Below, in pieces: positions 17,118-26,615 of a stretch of 55,910 nt of DNA. Both the position numbers and the translations under genes were made by a program. Source of the DNA: a virus (Duplodnaviria > Caudoviricetes); IMG/VR virus record IMGVR_UViG_3300036779_000083, positions 1 through 55,910 of that record. The stretch is one strand, 5' to 3'. The notes below the pieces were generated by a model. It had not been told where the DNA came from, made no database searches, and was given only the letters and a program-made list of their open reading frames with translations. How positions within the stretch are numbered: the stretch's first letter is position 1; every line of letters starts with the position of its first letter.

Positions 17118-17680
17118 CGCCCCCTCCGGGCCGCTTGTTCGAACTGCCTCGCTTGCTTCACCGTCTCGATCTCGCACGTCGTCGCAGTGAGCGGCTTGTT
17201 GGGTAGGCCATCCTTGCGGATCGGACGCACCGTCGACATCGTGTTCCAGTAGTTGACCGCCTCGGCTTGGCTCTCGAAGGTCTTGGCCTTTCGCCAATTG
17301 TCGGTGAACTCGCCATAGCCGCGGCCACCATCGGCGTTGAAATCGAAGCTCTTGAGCCATTGGCCGGCGATCGAGCACGGCGCGCCGTTGGCGAACGCGA
17401 CGGCGCGGATCACGTGCGGTATCTTCGCGTGAGCGCGGCGCACTGCATCGATCACCGCAGGCGGTCCTGCGAGCATGTAATTGCAGCCGCGCTTCCTGAT
17501 GTCGGTGATGTGCCCGCACTCTTCGCAGGCGCCGGTGGCGAACCATTGATCGGCCTTCGCGATCGTCTGCCGCGATCCGCATTTTTCGCAGCTGAACTTC
17601 TGATGGAAGTGGCAGCCGGCATCGAGAAACGGCTGCATCGCTGTCGCGCACTCCTCGATTGGATAGTCGTTGTGCTTCAT
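17114..17680 (-). CDS. Hypothetical protein with zinc ribbon
   Basis: CEKCG...CEECG. Confidence 0.55.
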   Translation of the reverse strand: MKHNDYPIEECATAMQPFLDAGCHFHQKFSCEKCGSRQTIAKADQWFATGACEECGHITDIRKRGCNYMLAGPPAVIDAVRRAHAKIPHVIRAVAFANGAPCSIAGQWLKSFDFNADGGRGYGEFTDNWRKAKTFESQAEAVNYWNTMSTVRPIRKDGLPNKPLTATTCEIETVKQARQFEQAARRGR

Positions 17681-17682
17681 TG

Positions 17683-18129
17683 TCATCTCCATGGTGGGCA
17701 GTGGGCGCAAGCGCCGTAACGATCGTGTCCCCACAATTGGAACGGCAGGAACGGGCGAATTGGGATGCGGATCGGCGGCGGCGAGGCGTTGTTGTAAACG
17801 CAAGGCCAATTTGCTTTAAGTGCCAGCAGCACCTGCTCGCTTCCTGGCAGGTTGGCGAGCTGGGGATTGCTATGCAGATAGTCGATCACGCGATGGACGA
17901 TCGCCGGGGGTGGCAGGCGGCCATCGATGCAGAACTGGCCTTCGGCAGCGCGCGCGTCTATGACGCCGCCAATGAAGCCCGCACACGCTGCCTGTCGAAC
18001 CTCTTGCGGCGTTGCGCAGGTTTCCTGCAGGCGTGGGCCAGCCACCATCTGCGCTTCGAGCGGTGACGGCGGCAGCGACATAACGATCGCCACGGCGAGA
18101 CGGATCACGCCGGTCGGATGCGGTCTCAT
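17683..18129 (-). CDS. Rap1a/Tai-like secreted immunity protein
   Basis: Signal peptide; C...CAGFIGGVID...FCI...YLHSNP...ALKANWPC cysteine pattern. Confidence 0.7.
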   Translation of the reverse strand: MRPHPTGVIRLAVAIVMSLPPSPLEAQMVAGPRLQETCATPQEVRQAACAGFIGGVIDARAAEGQFCIDGRLPPPAIVHRVIDYLHSNPQLANLPGSEQVLLALKANWPCVYNNASPPPIRIPIRPFLPFQLWGHDRYGACAHCPPWR

Positions 18130-18380
18130 GGTTGCCTAATCTCCGTAAAAACATTCAGAGTGAGTGCCACCCTGCGTTTGGTTTCCACGATGTCGCCTCG
18201 GTCGATCATGAGGAGCAGCGCGGCCAAGGTGGCAGAGATCAGCGATGTGTCTGCCAAGCCAGATGAGGACATGATCTCCATCAGCTGCATCTTCACCGTT
18301 TCCCATTGCTCTTGGTTTTCGTTGATCTTGGCTTCGGCGCGGCGCTGCCGCACTTGTTCAAGGTCGATCGGATCGGTCAT
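18126..18380 (-). CDS. Hypothetical protein
   Basis: MTDPIDLEQVRQRR; GGAG RBS. Confidence 0.5.
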   Translation of the reverse strand: MTDPIDLEQVRQRRAEAKINENQEQWETVKMQLMEIMSSSGLADTSLISATLAALLLMIDRGDIVETKRRVALTLNVFTEIRQP

Positions 18381-18427
18381 GGCGCCAGACTCCAGAGAAT
18401 GATCAGCCCGATGATCGCAAACACGTC

Positions 18428-18649
18428 TCATGACTTCTCCGCGATGAAGGTGTTGATCACGGATCGAGTATCGTCGCGCGTGACGTTGGCGAAACGCACC
18501 CAGCGTTTTTCCAAGACATCGAAATAGACCGCATCGTCAGGCGCTTTGTCGCGGCGAGCATTTGCGATCTGGTCTTCGATGTATGATGGATTTGAGTGCA
18601 TCAGGCGCCCCCAGGCGCGGATGTATTTGTAGTCTGCTACCGGGTCCAT
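18428..18649 (-). CDS. Hypothetical protein
   Basis: YIRAWGRLMHS...ARRDKAPDDAVY. Confidence 0.55.
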   Translation of the reverse strand: MDPVADYKYIRAWGRLMHSNPSYIEDQIANARRDKAPDDAVYFDVLEKRWVRFANVTRDDTRSVINTFIAEKS

Positions 18650-18915
18650 TTCACGTGGTCTCCCTTGATGACGATGATGCCAGCCGCCGTGAAGTGTTCG
18701 GCGATGGCTTCGTATTCGTACTGCTGCTGCTCGGCGAGCTGCGCTGGTGTGACTGGCATGCCGTTCATGTGCGGCATGCACTCGATCAGCACGAGGGTGT
18801 CGCCGCGGCGCTGGAAGATCATGCCGGAGCGCGGCACGCCCCAGATCGCGCCCTCGGCCATGATGTCGAACTGACGGCGCGACCATGCGATGTGGGCTGG
18901 ATCAAGATTTGCCAT
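18637..18915 (-). CDS. Hypothetical protein
   Basis: Overlapping leftward ORF. Confidence 0.55.
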   Translation of the reverse strand: MANLDPAHIAWSRRQFDIMAEGAIWGVPRSGMIFQRRGDTLVLIECMPHMNGMPVTPAQLAEQQQYEYEAIAEHFTAAGIIVIKGDHVKWTR

Positions 18916-19138
18916 CGACGATCGCCTTTCCGGTTTTGGTTGCGTGATAGCGGAGCACGGCGAGGTTCTTCGGATTGCCGTAGCAATGCTGGCGCGCCTC
19001 GATCAGCTGGTATCGCAGCAGGAATTTGATTGTCTTCGGGTGGACCATCGCGTGAATGAGAATCTCACGCGACAGTCCGTTGAGATGCGACGCCTCGATC
19101 AGGATCAGGGCGTGGCGTTCTTGCGAGCTGAGATTCAC
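18902..19138 (-). CDS. Hypothetical protein
   Basis: GTG start after GGAGGAGG. Confidence 0.45.
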   Translation of the reverse strand: MNLSSQERHALILIEASHLNGLSREILIHAMVHPKTIKFLLRYQLIEARQHCYGNPKNLAVLRYHATKTGKAIVDGKS

Positions 19139-19698
19139 GCGACCTCCTCCTTGTTGAAGCCGTTGACCGCGGCCTGCAGCTTGGCGACCTCGGCGCGGTA
19201 GAGATCGCGCGCCTCGGTGATCGAGCCCCAGTGCCATGTGTTTTGGTCGTAGAACGTGCTGTGGTTATTGGGATCGAGCGCTGTCACGTGCATGGTGACG
19301 CCGATCACCTTGCCGACCGCCATCAGAATGTCGCCAGCCTCGCCGACGCGGTAGCGGGTCAGCTCTTTGTCGATCCGCCGCAGCGTGGTGTGCGCCCGGC
19401 CGGCGATCTTTAAGGTGACGTAGGATAGTTGTTCGAACTCGATGCTCGGTCCGATCAGCATGGCGCGGCCTGGGATGTGTGTCGGTCCCGATAGCCACGT
19501 GCGGATCACGAGGCCATTGAGCAACAAGCCGTCGGTGCGCTTGGGTGCGTCCCACAGCGAGTCCTCGCCCTCGGAACGCGGGTTGATTGGAGAGGTGGCA
19601 TCGCCCTCGCGCACGAGAATGCGCGCAGCCACCGACGGGCAACCGGCCCATTTATTGGTATCGATGGCGAAGGCGTAGGATCGCAGCTTGTCGTTCAT
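19135..19698 (-). CDS. Hypothetical protein
   Basis: 187 aa ORF coupled to neighbours. Confidence 0.6.
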   Translation of the reverse strand: MNDKLRSYAFAIDTNKWAGCPSVAARILVREGDATSPINPRSEGEDSLWDAPKRTDGLLLNGLVIRTWLSGPTHIPGRAMLIGPSIEFEQLSYVTLKIAGRAHTTLRRIDKELTRYRVGEAGDILMAVGKVIGVTMHVTALDPNNHSTFYDQNTWHWGSITEARDLYRAEVAKLQAAVNGFNKEEVA

Positions 19699-20210
19699 CA
19701 GTTTGTCTCGGGTTGAATGGGTTGAAACCAATCATTCGGCACAATGCCCTCGCAATCAGCATGGAGACCGCCGAGCACGCGGACATGCGACCACCGGCCG
19801 GCTTTGTCAGCGGGCTTCTGACCTATTACGGTTTGGCCCAAGTGGGTTAAGGCGTCGCCCAGATCGCCGAAGGCGTCCTTGACTCCGGCAACCCCACCGA
19901 CGTGAACGGCACGGGTGCCGGGCTGCACGACGCAAGCTTCGCCGTTTACGGCGAGAACTCGCATCACGGGGATCACCTTGATTGCGGGGTCGCTCGACCG
20001 CAGCACACCGGTCTCACCGAACGAGACCTTCATTGTGAAATCACGCGCCGGGTATTCCCCGTGCGCCGACTCGATGTCGGTCACGATAGATGTCTTGGCG
20101 ACCGGATCGGGTTTGTAGTTGCTGCCGCCGGTGGTGAAGTGGCCCAACACAATGAGCGCACAGCTTCCGAGTACTGCGAATCTGATGGTCTTGCGCGTGA
20201 GGGTAGTCAC
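19698..20210 (-). CDS. Membrane-anchored hypothetical protein
   Basis: N-terminal TM segment; AGGAG RBS before GTG. Confidence 0.6.
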   Translation of the reverse strand: MTTLTRKTIRFAVLGSCALIVLGHFTTGGSNYKPDPVAKTSIVTDIESAHGEYPARDFTMKVSFGETGVLRSSDPAIKVIPVMRVLAVNGEACVVQPGTRAVHVGGVAGVKDAFGDLGDALTHLGQTVIGQKPADKAGRWSHVRVLGGLHADCEGIVPNDWFQPIQPETN

Positions 20211-20214
20211 GATT

Positions 20215-20273
20215 TTGCTCCTAGTCCGGCGGGTTTGCCGATCAGCGCCACCCCGTAGGATGGCGCTGGGCTG
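20215..20273 (-). promoter_or_regulatory. Structured intergenic motif (hairpins + RBS), repeated at 21378-21548
   Basis: CAGCCCAG-stem-CTGATCGG, CGGCAA(A/T)CCCGCCGGA and CTAGGAGCAA are each found twice. Confidence 0.5.
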
Positions 20274-20279
20274 CAAGCC

Positions 20280-21374
20280 TTACGCGGCCTCTGCAATCTC
20301 CTTCCACTCGTGCTTCGGCAGCTCGATCACCTTGGCGCCGATGCGCTCCAGCTCGGTAGCCCGGTCGTAGCTCTCGACATCGGCCGACATTCGCGTGACC
20401 GCGTTGTAGAGACCGAAGCGCGACAGCTCGCCGCCCTCGATCAGGTGCTTCAACACCGACTTGCCTTCGGTCTCGTTCATGCCGAGCTTGACGGTCGCGA
20501 CCTTGACCGACTTCACGATATCGTCCGACGTGATGTGCTCGGCGCGGGTGCCCTCGATCTTGTCGACGAGAGCGTTGAACTTGACCGCGTCGAACACGCC
20601 GCGAACCACGTCACGCACCTTCGACCACAGCGCGGCCTGATCGAGCCGCTTGGTCTTGTCCGAGAGCATCGCGTACAGCTCGCCCTCGGCGATGGTGTGC
20701 TTCTGGCCAACGTGAGCCCGGCGCATCGAGCGCTCGCCGAACGAGGCGAGATTGCTGCAGAAGCCATCGTACGTGCCGCCCTGGACTGAGAGCGCACCGA
20801 GACCGACCTCGGAATTGCTGATCGTCAGCGCAGGCGACACGATGCGCACGATGGTGTGGCCACCGTCGCCGAACTTGGCGCCATGCTTGGCGAGTTCGCG
20901 CGTCACCTTCTTGTCGACGGCCTTGATGTAGAGCCGACGATCGGTCACGTCGCACGACATCACGTCGAGCCCAAGATCGCCGATCACCGGCAACACCGCC
21001 GCGGCGAGGTCCTCGTTTTCCATGTCCGGCGAGAACTTGTCGGACAGGAAGGCGCGGTTGACGTTGTCTAGCGTGCGCACCATGCGCGGCGCCGGGTAGC
21101 GCTTGAACCACTCGTTGACGTTGTCGGCGAGCAGCTTCGGCGCATCCTTGAGCATCTTGTCGTAATACTTCGCGGGGATGTCGGTGTGGGTGCCGATTTG
21201 ATCGTGGGCGACGCTGTTGACGGCGAACTCGTGTTCGTCGCCGACGACGAGCTTCACGCCGTCGATGCTCGGGATCATCGTCATGTGCTCGGTGGAAGCG
21301 ACGAGGTCAGCCTTGGCCTCGGCGCGGCGCTCGATCTCGCTCGCGAGATCGGTGAGGGATTTACCGGTCTTCAT
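20280..21374 (-). CDS. DUF932/DUF945-family protein
   Basis: MKTGKSL..LA.E, RAFLSDKF, ISNSEVG, CSN, LYNAVT motifs. Confidence 0.75.
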   Translation of the reverse strand: MKTGKSLTDLASEIERRAEAKADLVASTEHMTMIPSIDGVKLVVGDEHEFAVNSVAHDQIGTHTDIPAKYYDKMLKDAPKLLADNVNEWFKRYPAPRMVRTLDNVNRAFLSDKFSPDMENEDLAAAVLPVIGDLGLDVMSCDVTDRRLYIKAVDKKVTRELAKHGAKFGDGGHTIVRIVSPALTISNSEVGLGALSVQGGTYDGFCSNLASFGERSMRRAHVGQKHTIAEGELYAMLSDKTKRLDQAALWSKVRDVVRGVFDAVKFNALVDKIEGTRAEHITSDDIVKSVKVATVKLGMNETEGKSVLKHLIEGGELSRFGLYNAVTRMSADVESYDRATELERIGAKVIELPKHEWKEIAEAA

Positions 21375-21550
21375 GTATTGCTCCTAGAGTTGTGATCCGG
21401 CGGGATTGCCGGGGATGTGATCCGATCTGACCTCGCCATCTCGCCGGACTCACTGCAGGCCGACAGGCGTTTTATTTGGTCCCGAGTTCGGGAGGTCAGA
21501 TCGGATGACACCGATCAGTGCCGCCGCCTCACTGGCGGCACTGGGCTGTG

Positions 21551-21718
21551 TCACTTCGCTTTGATCGAAGCGTTGAAGCGCTGAAGCCATTCGAGCGCGG
21601 TGAAGACATCGGCCTTGTCGGCCTTGCGAATATTGTCGGCGACGCGCCGCGACCACGTTTCGAAGATCGGCTTGCCGGTCTTGCGGTCGACGATGATCCA
21701 GCTGTTGCAAGAGACCAT
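21551..21718 (-). CDS. Hypothetical protein
   Basis: SWIIVDRKTGKPIFETW...ALEWLQRFN. Confidence 0.5.
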   Translation of the reverse strand: MVSCNSWIIVDRKTGKPIFETWSRRVADNIRKADKADVFTALEWLQRFNASIKAK

Positions 21719-21789
21719 GGCCGTCACTCGTTGATGATGAAGAACGCGGCGGCGTAGAGCGACACGATGGTGATTAGAGCGGGCAACAT

Positions 21790-21966
21790 TTACTGATTGC
21801 TCCCCACGCCACAGGCGTGCTGAAACTTGGTGGGCTCGAAGCTCGGGTTTTGCGCCGAGCATAGGATGGTGAATTTGTCGACGAGAGCGCGATGCGCGTC
21901 GTTGGACATGGTGGGCCGGGCCGCCTTTAGGATGTTGGCGATGGCCTGGAAATGACGCTTTTGCAT
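21790..21966 (-). CDS. Hypothetical early protein
   Basis: KRHFQAIANIL...NPSFEPTKFQHAC; GGAAGGA RBS. Confidence 0.6.
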   Translation of the reverse strand: MQKRHFQAIANILKAARPTMSNDAHRALVDKFTILCSAQNPSFEPTKFQHACGVGSNQ

Positions 21967-22283
21967 TTGTCCTTCCCGGTCAGAGACCAGAGTTGGTTGG
22001 GGCGGGGGAGACAACCGCTCCCCTCGACCAGTAAGATAGGGGATCGCCCCCAAACTTGCAAGAGGCTCCTTTCAACTAAATGGCCAGCACCAAAGCGCCG
22101 CACCCCCATGACTACCGTGGGTTCCGCGAGGTTCCAGTCGCCACCGAGCCGGCGCTGCGCCTCAGCCTGCTCTATGTGATCTCCCAATTGCCCGTCCCCG
22201 ATCGCAGGAAGCCCGGTGAGGGGCGTCCCGGCGGCCCATGGGGAAAGGGGCCGAGGGACCCCAATGATGCTGCGTGAGAACGA

Positions 22284-22523
22284 ATGAAGCTCGCCTGGGT
22301 GTGCTCTCGCTGCGGGCAAGAGCGCACGGCCGTGATGGAGCATCATGGCAAGCTGGTGTGCAACGAATGCCTCGGCGTGCAGTCGCCACAGACCAAGCGC
22401 GGCAAGCGCCGATCGCGCGGCAAGACGCGGACCAAACCAAAGCGCAAACGCCATGGGTTGACGGCATCGCTGTGCGGAATAGGATCGGCGCAAATTGAGA
22501 ACATGTCGGGTCGCATCCCATGA
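22284..22523 (+). CDS. Small zinc-finger protein
   Basis: CSRCG...CNEC. Confidence 0.4.
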   Translation: MKLAWVCSRCGQERTAVMEHHGKLVCNECLGVQSPQTKRGKRRSRGKTRTKPKRKRHGLTASLCGIGSAQIENMSGRIP

Positions 22524-22990
22524 GCGAAGAACGTCAAAATAACGATGCAGTAACGAAGATCGACAAGCCGCACTTGTTTAAGAAGGGGCAGCCGCGACCA
22601 GCTAAGGCTGGCCGCCGTGCCGGCACTCCCAACAAAATGTCGGTAGCGATGCGCGATGCCGTGGTCGAGGCGATCGACTGGGCTGGCTTTGTCGAGTGGG
22701 ACAAGAAGCGCAACGAGTTCTGCAAAGATGGCAGGGAGAAGGGTCTCGTCGCTTTCATGAAGTTTCTGGCGCTGTACGAGCGCGACAAGATCATGCCGTT
22801 GGTGCTGCGCGTGTTGCCGATGCACGTGACGGCATCGGTGGTGAATCGCGCCTACAGCACCGAGGATGAAGTGCGCGCGCTGTGCGCCGAGCGCGGCATT
22901 CCATTTGAATCCTTGATCGATCTCAGCATTGGGCTAGAAGACGCCCCGATGATCGATGTGACACCCGATGACCAAGACCCCATGGACTGA
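22520..22990 (+). CDS. Probable terminase small subunit
   Basis: FKKGQ...GRRAGTPNK motif; start of the late region. Confidence 0.6.
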   Translation: MSEERQNNDAVTKIDKPHLFKKGQPRPAKAGRRAGTPNKMSVAMRDAVVEAIDWAGFVEWDKKRNEFCKDGREKGLVAFMKFLALYERDKIMPLVLRVLPMHVTASVVNRAYSTEDEVRALCAERGIPFESLIDLSIGLEDAPMIDVTPDDQDPMD

Positions 22991-23390
22991 TCCGTTTCCC
23001 AATCTGCCGCGCTCCGGCATCCATCGCCGGTTCGCGGCATCCGAGGCGCAGAAACCGCCGGTTCAACCATCCTCTGGGCCAGAGGGGCCAAAGCCGGGTG
23101 CTACGGCCGATGCGCGGCGGGCTGCATCGTCGATCCGGAAGCACCGGGGAGATGCAGCTCCCACCATCCTGAAGGCGCCGGACCTGGGGAAATCGACGGC
23201 GGTGGCGAAGATCGTCAAAAAATCAGTGGTGAGACCGAAAATCGTTGACGTGAGACCGAAAACCTCTGAGACTGAAAATCAGTCAAAGAGGCCGCGCGGG
23301 CGGCCGAAGTCGAGTGCCAAGCCATGGATCGCGGCGGGAGTGTCGAAGGCAACGTGGTTTCGGCAAAAGGCCAAAGCCAAGGGCGGCTGA
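22968..23390 (+). CDS. DNA-binding protein (AT-hook + short HTH-like motif)
   Basis: KRPRGRPK; KPWIAAGVSKATWFR. Confidence 0.5.
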   Translation: MTKTPWTDPFPNLPRSGIHRRFAASEAQKPPVQPSSGPEGPKPGATADARRAASSIRKHRGDAAPTILKAPDLGKSTAVAKIVKKSVVRPKIVDVRPKTSETENQSKRPRGRPKSSAKPWIAAGVSKATWFRQKAKAKGG

Positions 23391-23640
23391 GGCTTCCGCG
23401 TATACGATGGATTCCCGGCACGAAGGGTCGCCCCGGCTACGAAGAGCCAAAGCCGTGGATCGTGGACGGGATCAGCCGATCCGGTTGGTATCGACGACAC
23501 CCAGGTGGGACCGGCTACGCTACCGATCAACTTGACCCAGCCATCGTGAACCGTCGCATAGATCGGCCGCCAGTGATGCCGACTAAAGTGCTCCAAAGGG
23601 ATTGGCTGCTCGTCGCCATGAATTGGGGAGCTATTCGGCC

Positions 23641-24267
23641 ATGAACGACGGCAGCCCGTGCGTGCTCGGCACCTGCGTCCACAAGTCCGAAGACATCTGC
23701 TTTCGCGGCTGCCCGTATGGCGTCGTCAAGCTCGATCCGGTTCGCGCGGAGCCGTCGCTGGTCTATGACGGCATTCCACCGACCGCGTTATCGCTCGCCC
23801 ACGCCACCGAGATCATGGAGCACGCGTTCCCGGTGATCTGCGTCGACATCCCGCGATCGGCGTATTGCTACACGCTTGAACAGGCCACCGCGTTCTTCGA
23901 GCAGACCGAGCCGCCGCCGCATGCTGCCGGCGTGTCGAGCTGGGTGCCGACAGTTGATCGCGTCGAGCTGGCACTGCTCGGCAAGCTCCTCGAAGAGACC
24001 ACCGAGCTGGGCAAGATCGCCGCGCGCTGCATCATCCAGGGGCTCGATGGCCACGATCCCGAGACCTTGATGCAGAACAGCGTCGTGCTCGCCGCCGAGC
24101 TATCTGACATGGAGGCGCGCATTCTCGATGTGCGACAGGTGCTCGATCTGCCGTGGCTGACCGAGCGTACGGTTAAGAAATCCAAATTCCATCTGGCGTG
24201 GCTGTGCGATCTCAAGCGACGGTTCGGATCGAGGCTGACGCCGCCGGTTCCGCGGCAAGACGCGTGA
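23641..24267 (+). CDS. Hypothetical protein with MazG-like C-terminus
   Basis: LGKLLEETTELGKIAAR...ELSD. Confidence 0.5.
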   Translation: MNDGSPCVLGTCVHKSEDICFRGCPYGVVKLDPVRAEPSLVYDGIPPTALSLAHATEIMEHAFPVICVDIPRSAYCYTLEQATAFFEQTEPPPHAAGVSSWVPTVDRVELALLGKLLEETTELGKIAARCIIQGLDGHDPETLMQNSVVLAAELSDMEARILDVRQVLDLPWLTERTVKKSKFHLAWLCDLKRRFGSRLTPPVPRQDA

Positions 24268-24494
24268 TGGCTGTAGGACCCGGCAAATACGATCTCATCG
24301 CCACCATGGTGCGCGAGATGACCAGCGCGTCAGGTGTTGTCATCCTCGTGTTTGACGGCGCCCATGGCAGCGGCTTCTCGGTCCAGGGGCCGATCGAACT
24401 GACGACATCGCTGCCGAAGATGTTGCGTGGGATCGCGGACGATATCGACAAGGACCTAGACGAAGGGGAAGACGATGAACGAAGAGACGCGTGA
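24267..24494 (+). CDS. Hypothetical protein
   Basis: GPGKYD...GSGFSVQ. Confidence 0.55.
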   Translation: MAVGPGKYDLIATMVREMTSASGVVILVFDGAHGSGFSVQGPIELTTSLPKMLRGIADDIDKDLDEGEDDERRDA

Positions 24495-24672
24495 GCACGA
24501 CGAGGAAATGGCGATCCTCGCGGCGATGCAGACGCCGGAATTTCAGCGCATCCAGACCGAGGCCGGCCGCCGCCGGTTTTTCAAGTTGGCCACTGCCTAT
24601 TGGGACCTCGGGCCGAAACGACGTTCTCGCAAGGCGCGCGCGACGGTGACGCCGATCCCACAGAAGGCATAG
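24475..24672 (+). CDS. Hypothetical protein
   Basis: Coupled ORF. Confidence 0.45.
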   Translation: MNEETREHDEEMAILAAMQTPEFQRIQTEAGRRRFFKLATAYWDLGPKRRSRKARATVTPIPQKA

Positions 24673-24711
24673 CGTAGGAGAGCGTCATTCAAGCTGGTAG
24701 ACATTTAAGAA

Positions 24712-24936
24712 ATGACCAATCGATTGACGTGGCGCACGGCGCCGATCTCTTCGAAGCTCTGCGCCGACACTGGTGGGTTCGGCCGCTTTATGATTCATCC
24801 GCGCGGCGATGGCCGCTTCGAGCTGCGGCTTAATACGTTTCTGGTCGGCACCTTCGATGATACCCAGGCCGCCAAGGAGCGCGCCGAGGTGAGCTTCGAG
24901 GCGCTGGTGCCGCTCAACGGCGAGGGCGATGTATGA
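24712..24936 (+). CDS. Hypothetical protein
   Basis: ATGA overlap with the next ORF. Confidence 0.45.
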   Translation: MTNRLTWRTAPISSKLCADTGGFGRFMIHPRGDGRFELRLNTFLVGTFDDTQAAKERAEVSFEALVPLNGEGDV

Positions 24937-25091
24937 CGCTCGAAATCATCATCGACAAAGATTGGGTCACGATCGAGGGTCAGGTGGTGAAGCGCCCAAT
25001 ATGGATGGCGCCGTCGGCCTGGGTCGAGTTCTGGCAGCGCGCGGTCGATCCATCTCTGGTGCAGGGCGAGTCGTATGGATTTGATCGATGA
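24933..25091 (+). CDS. Hypothetical 52-aa protein (absent from ORF track)
   Basis: ATGA overlaps at both ends. Confidence 0.45.
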   Translation: MTLEIIIDKDWVTIEGQVVKRPIWMAPSAWVEFWQRAVDPSLVQGESYGFDR

Positions 25092-25318
25092 AAGATCGCA
25101 GCCACTATACGTTTGTACTCAGCGAGCACACGATCCTTCCCGGTGTCCCGGTAGTCGAGGTGCTACTCGACGGTGGATTGATCGGCACCATCCATGCCAT
25201 GGACGATGACGACGGCAATCCGGTCATCAAGGTGTTGTCGCACGTGCTGATGGACGTGGTGATCGACGCGATGTTGCCGCCGCCAGCGGTGCTGATCAAG
25301 CTGGAGAAGTTCAAGTGA
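25088..25318 (+). CDS. Hypothetical protein
   Basis: Coupled ORF. Confidence 0.5.
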   Translation: MKDRSHYTFVLSEHTILPGVPVVEVLLDGGLIGTIHAMDDDDGNPVIKVLSHVLMDVVIDAMLPPPAVLIKLEKFK

Positions 25319-25713
25319 GCGGTCCGAAGGATTCCCGCGACGGCCGGTTCGGCCGCCAGCCGGAGAACATGGCGCTGCCCAACCTGCTGCGCGCTCTTGC
25401 CAGCGGCGAGAATGCGCGCAAGGGCGGTTATGACATGCTGTTGCAGAACGCCGCCGCCGAGCTTGAAGAGGCGTGGGACGAGATCGACATCGGCGCCACC
25501 CTCATTGCCGACGCTGCCATACGGCTTCAAGAGCTTGAGCTTCCGATCCGGGCGCATGGCATGCGGCTCGGCCAATGCTCGAACCCGGAATGCAAGCTGG
25601 TGCACTTGGCGTTGACCGATGAGGACGACTTCACTCTCGCCACCGCCGTGATCAAATCAGGGGAGCTGCGCCAGATGATCCGCTGGTGCCGCGAGGCAGG
25701 TATCGAACCGTAA
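25315..25713 (+). CDS. Hypothetical protein
   Basis: Coupled ORF. Confidence 0.5.
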   Translation: MSGPKDSRDGRFGRQPENMALPNLLRALASGENARKGGYDMLLQNAAAELEEAWDEIDIGATLIADAAIRLQELELPIRAHGMRLGQCSNPECKLVHLALTDEDDFTLATAVIKSGELRQMIRWCREAGIEP

Positions 25714-25724
25714 CGGAGGCACAC

Positions 25725-26042
25725 ATGGCCAAGGTCGCAGTTCTCGTAAAAGACACCGACGGCAAGCCGCACGTCATCGTGGTGTCGAGCATCACCGGCG
25801 TCGAGTACGATCCCGGCAAGCCGGCGGTGAAAGCAGAACCCGCGGTCGAAGCGGTCGAGGGTGATCCAGGCGTGCCGGCCTCTGGCGCCAATCCAGGCAA
25901 GCCGCCGACGCCTGCGGTCGAGGCCAAGGACGAAGTGAAGGCCGAGCCGGAGGTGCCGCCGACCTGTACGATCACTTATGGCGGCGGTTCGGCCAAGGTC
26001 GCCATGAAGGCCGTCGATCTCCTCGACATGCTTAATTCATGA
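25725..26042 (+). CDS. Hypothetical Pro/Ala/Glu-rich protein
   Basis: GGAGG RBS; PAVKAEPAVEA repeats. Confidence 0.6.
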   Translation: MAKVAVLVKDTDGKPHVIVVSSITGVEYDPGKPAVKAEPAVEAVEGDPGVPASGANPGKPPTPAVEAKDEVKAEPEVPPTCTITYGGGSAKVAMKAVDLLDMLNS

Positions 26043-26281
26043 AGCGTCGCTCCATCATCGATCCGCGACTTGCCAAAGCTATCGACCGATGGTGGGACGA
26101 GAGCTTCGACGAGGCCGACCTCGCCGGCTCGCTGGTGCGCACGCTGGCGATGCATGGTTTTGCGATCCTCAACGAGCGTGCTGCGCGGCGACGCACCATC
26201 GAGCGCAATAGTCGCCCCGCTGATATACTCAATGCGCTGATCGCGCAGCGCCGCGGTTTCGAGGTCGACGATCCCGAATAG
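26039..26281 (+). CDS. Hypothetical protein
   Basis: Coupled ORF. Confidence 0.45.
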   Translation: MKRRSIIDPRLAKAIDRWWDESFDEADLAGSLVRTLAMHGFAILNERAARRRTIERNSRPADILNALIAQRRGFEVDDPE

Positions 26282-26292
26282 TGGAGGTTCAC

Positions 26293-26496
26293 ATGAGCGA
26301 GGTAGACGACTTGATTGCCGAAATCCAAGCTCTCGCGGTGCTGATCGGTGCGAGCGCCACAGATTCAGCCGTAGTCACCGAGCTTGCTGCCAAGCTCAAG
26401 ATCGCGGCCGATAAGCTCGCCGCCAACTTCAAGACGGCCGTCGCCGTCGAGGTAAACGCAGCCGCCCCTTTGGACCCTACGTCGACCTCGACCTGA
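26293..26496 (+). CDS. Hypothetical protein
   Basis: GGAGG RBS. Confidence 0.5.
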   Translation: MSEVDDLIAEIQALAVLIGASATDSAVVTELAAKLKIAADKLAANFKTAVAVEVNAAAPLDPTSTST

Positions 26497-26615
26497 CTGC
26501 TGATGCCATTAGCAGACCGCCCAATTGGCGGTCTTCAGCGTTTGTGCGACTGCAGTGGATGTTCGTCATCGCCGCGATCATCTTTTTCGTGTTGGCGCTT
26601 CTCGGGCGGTGAGCT

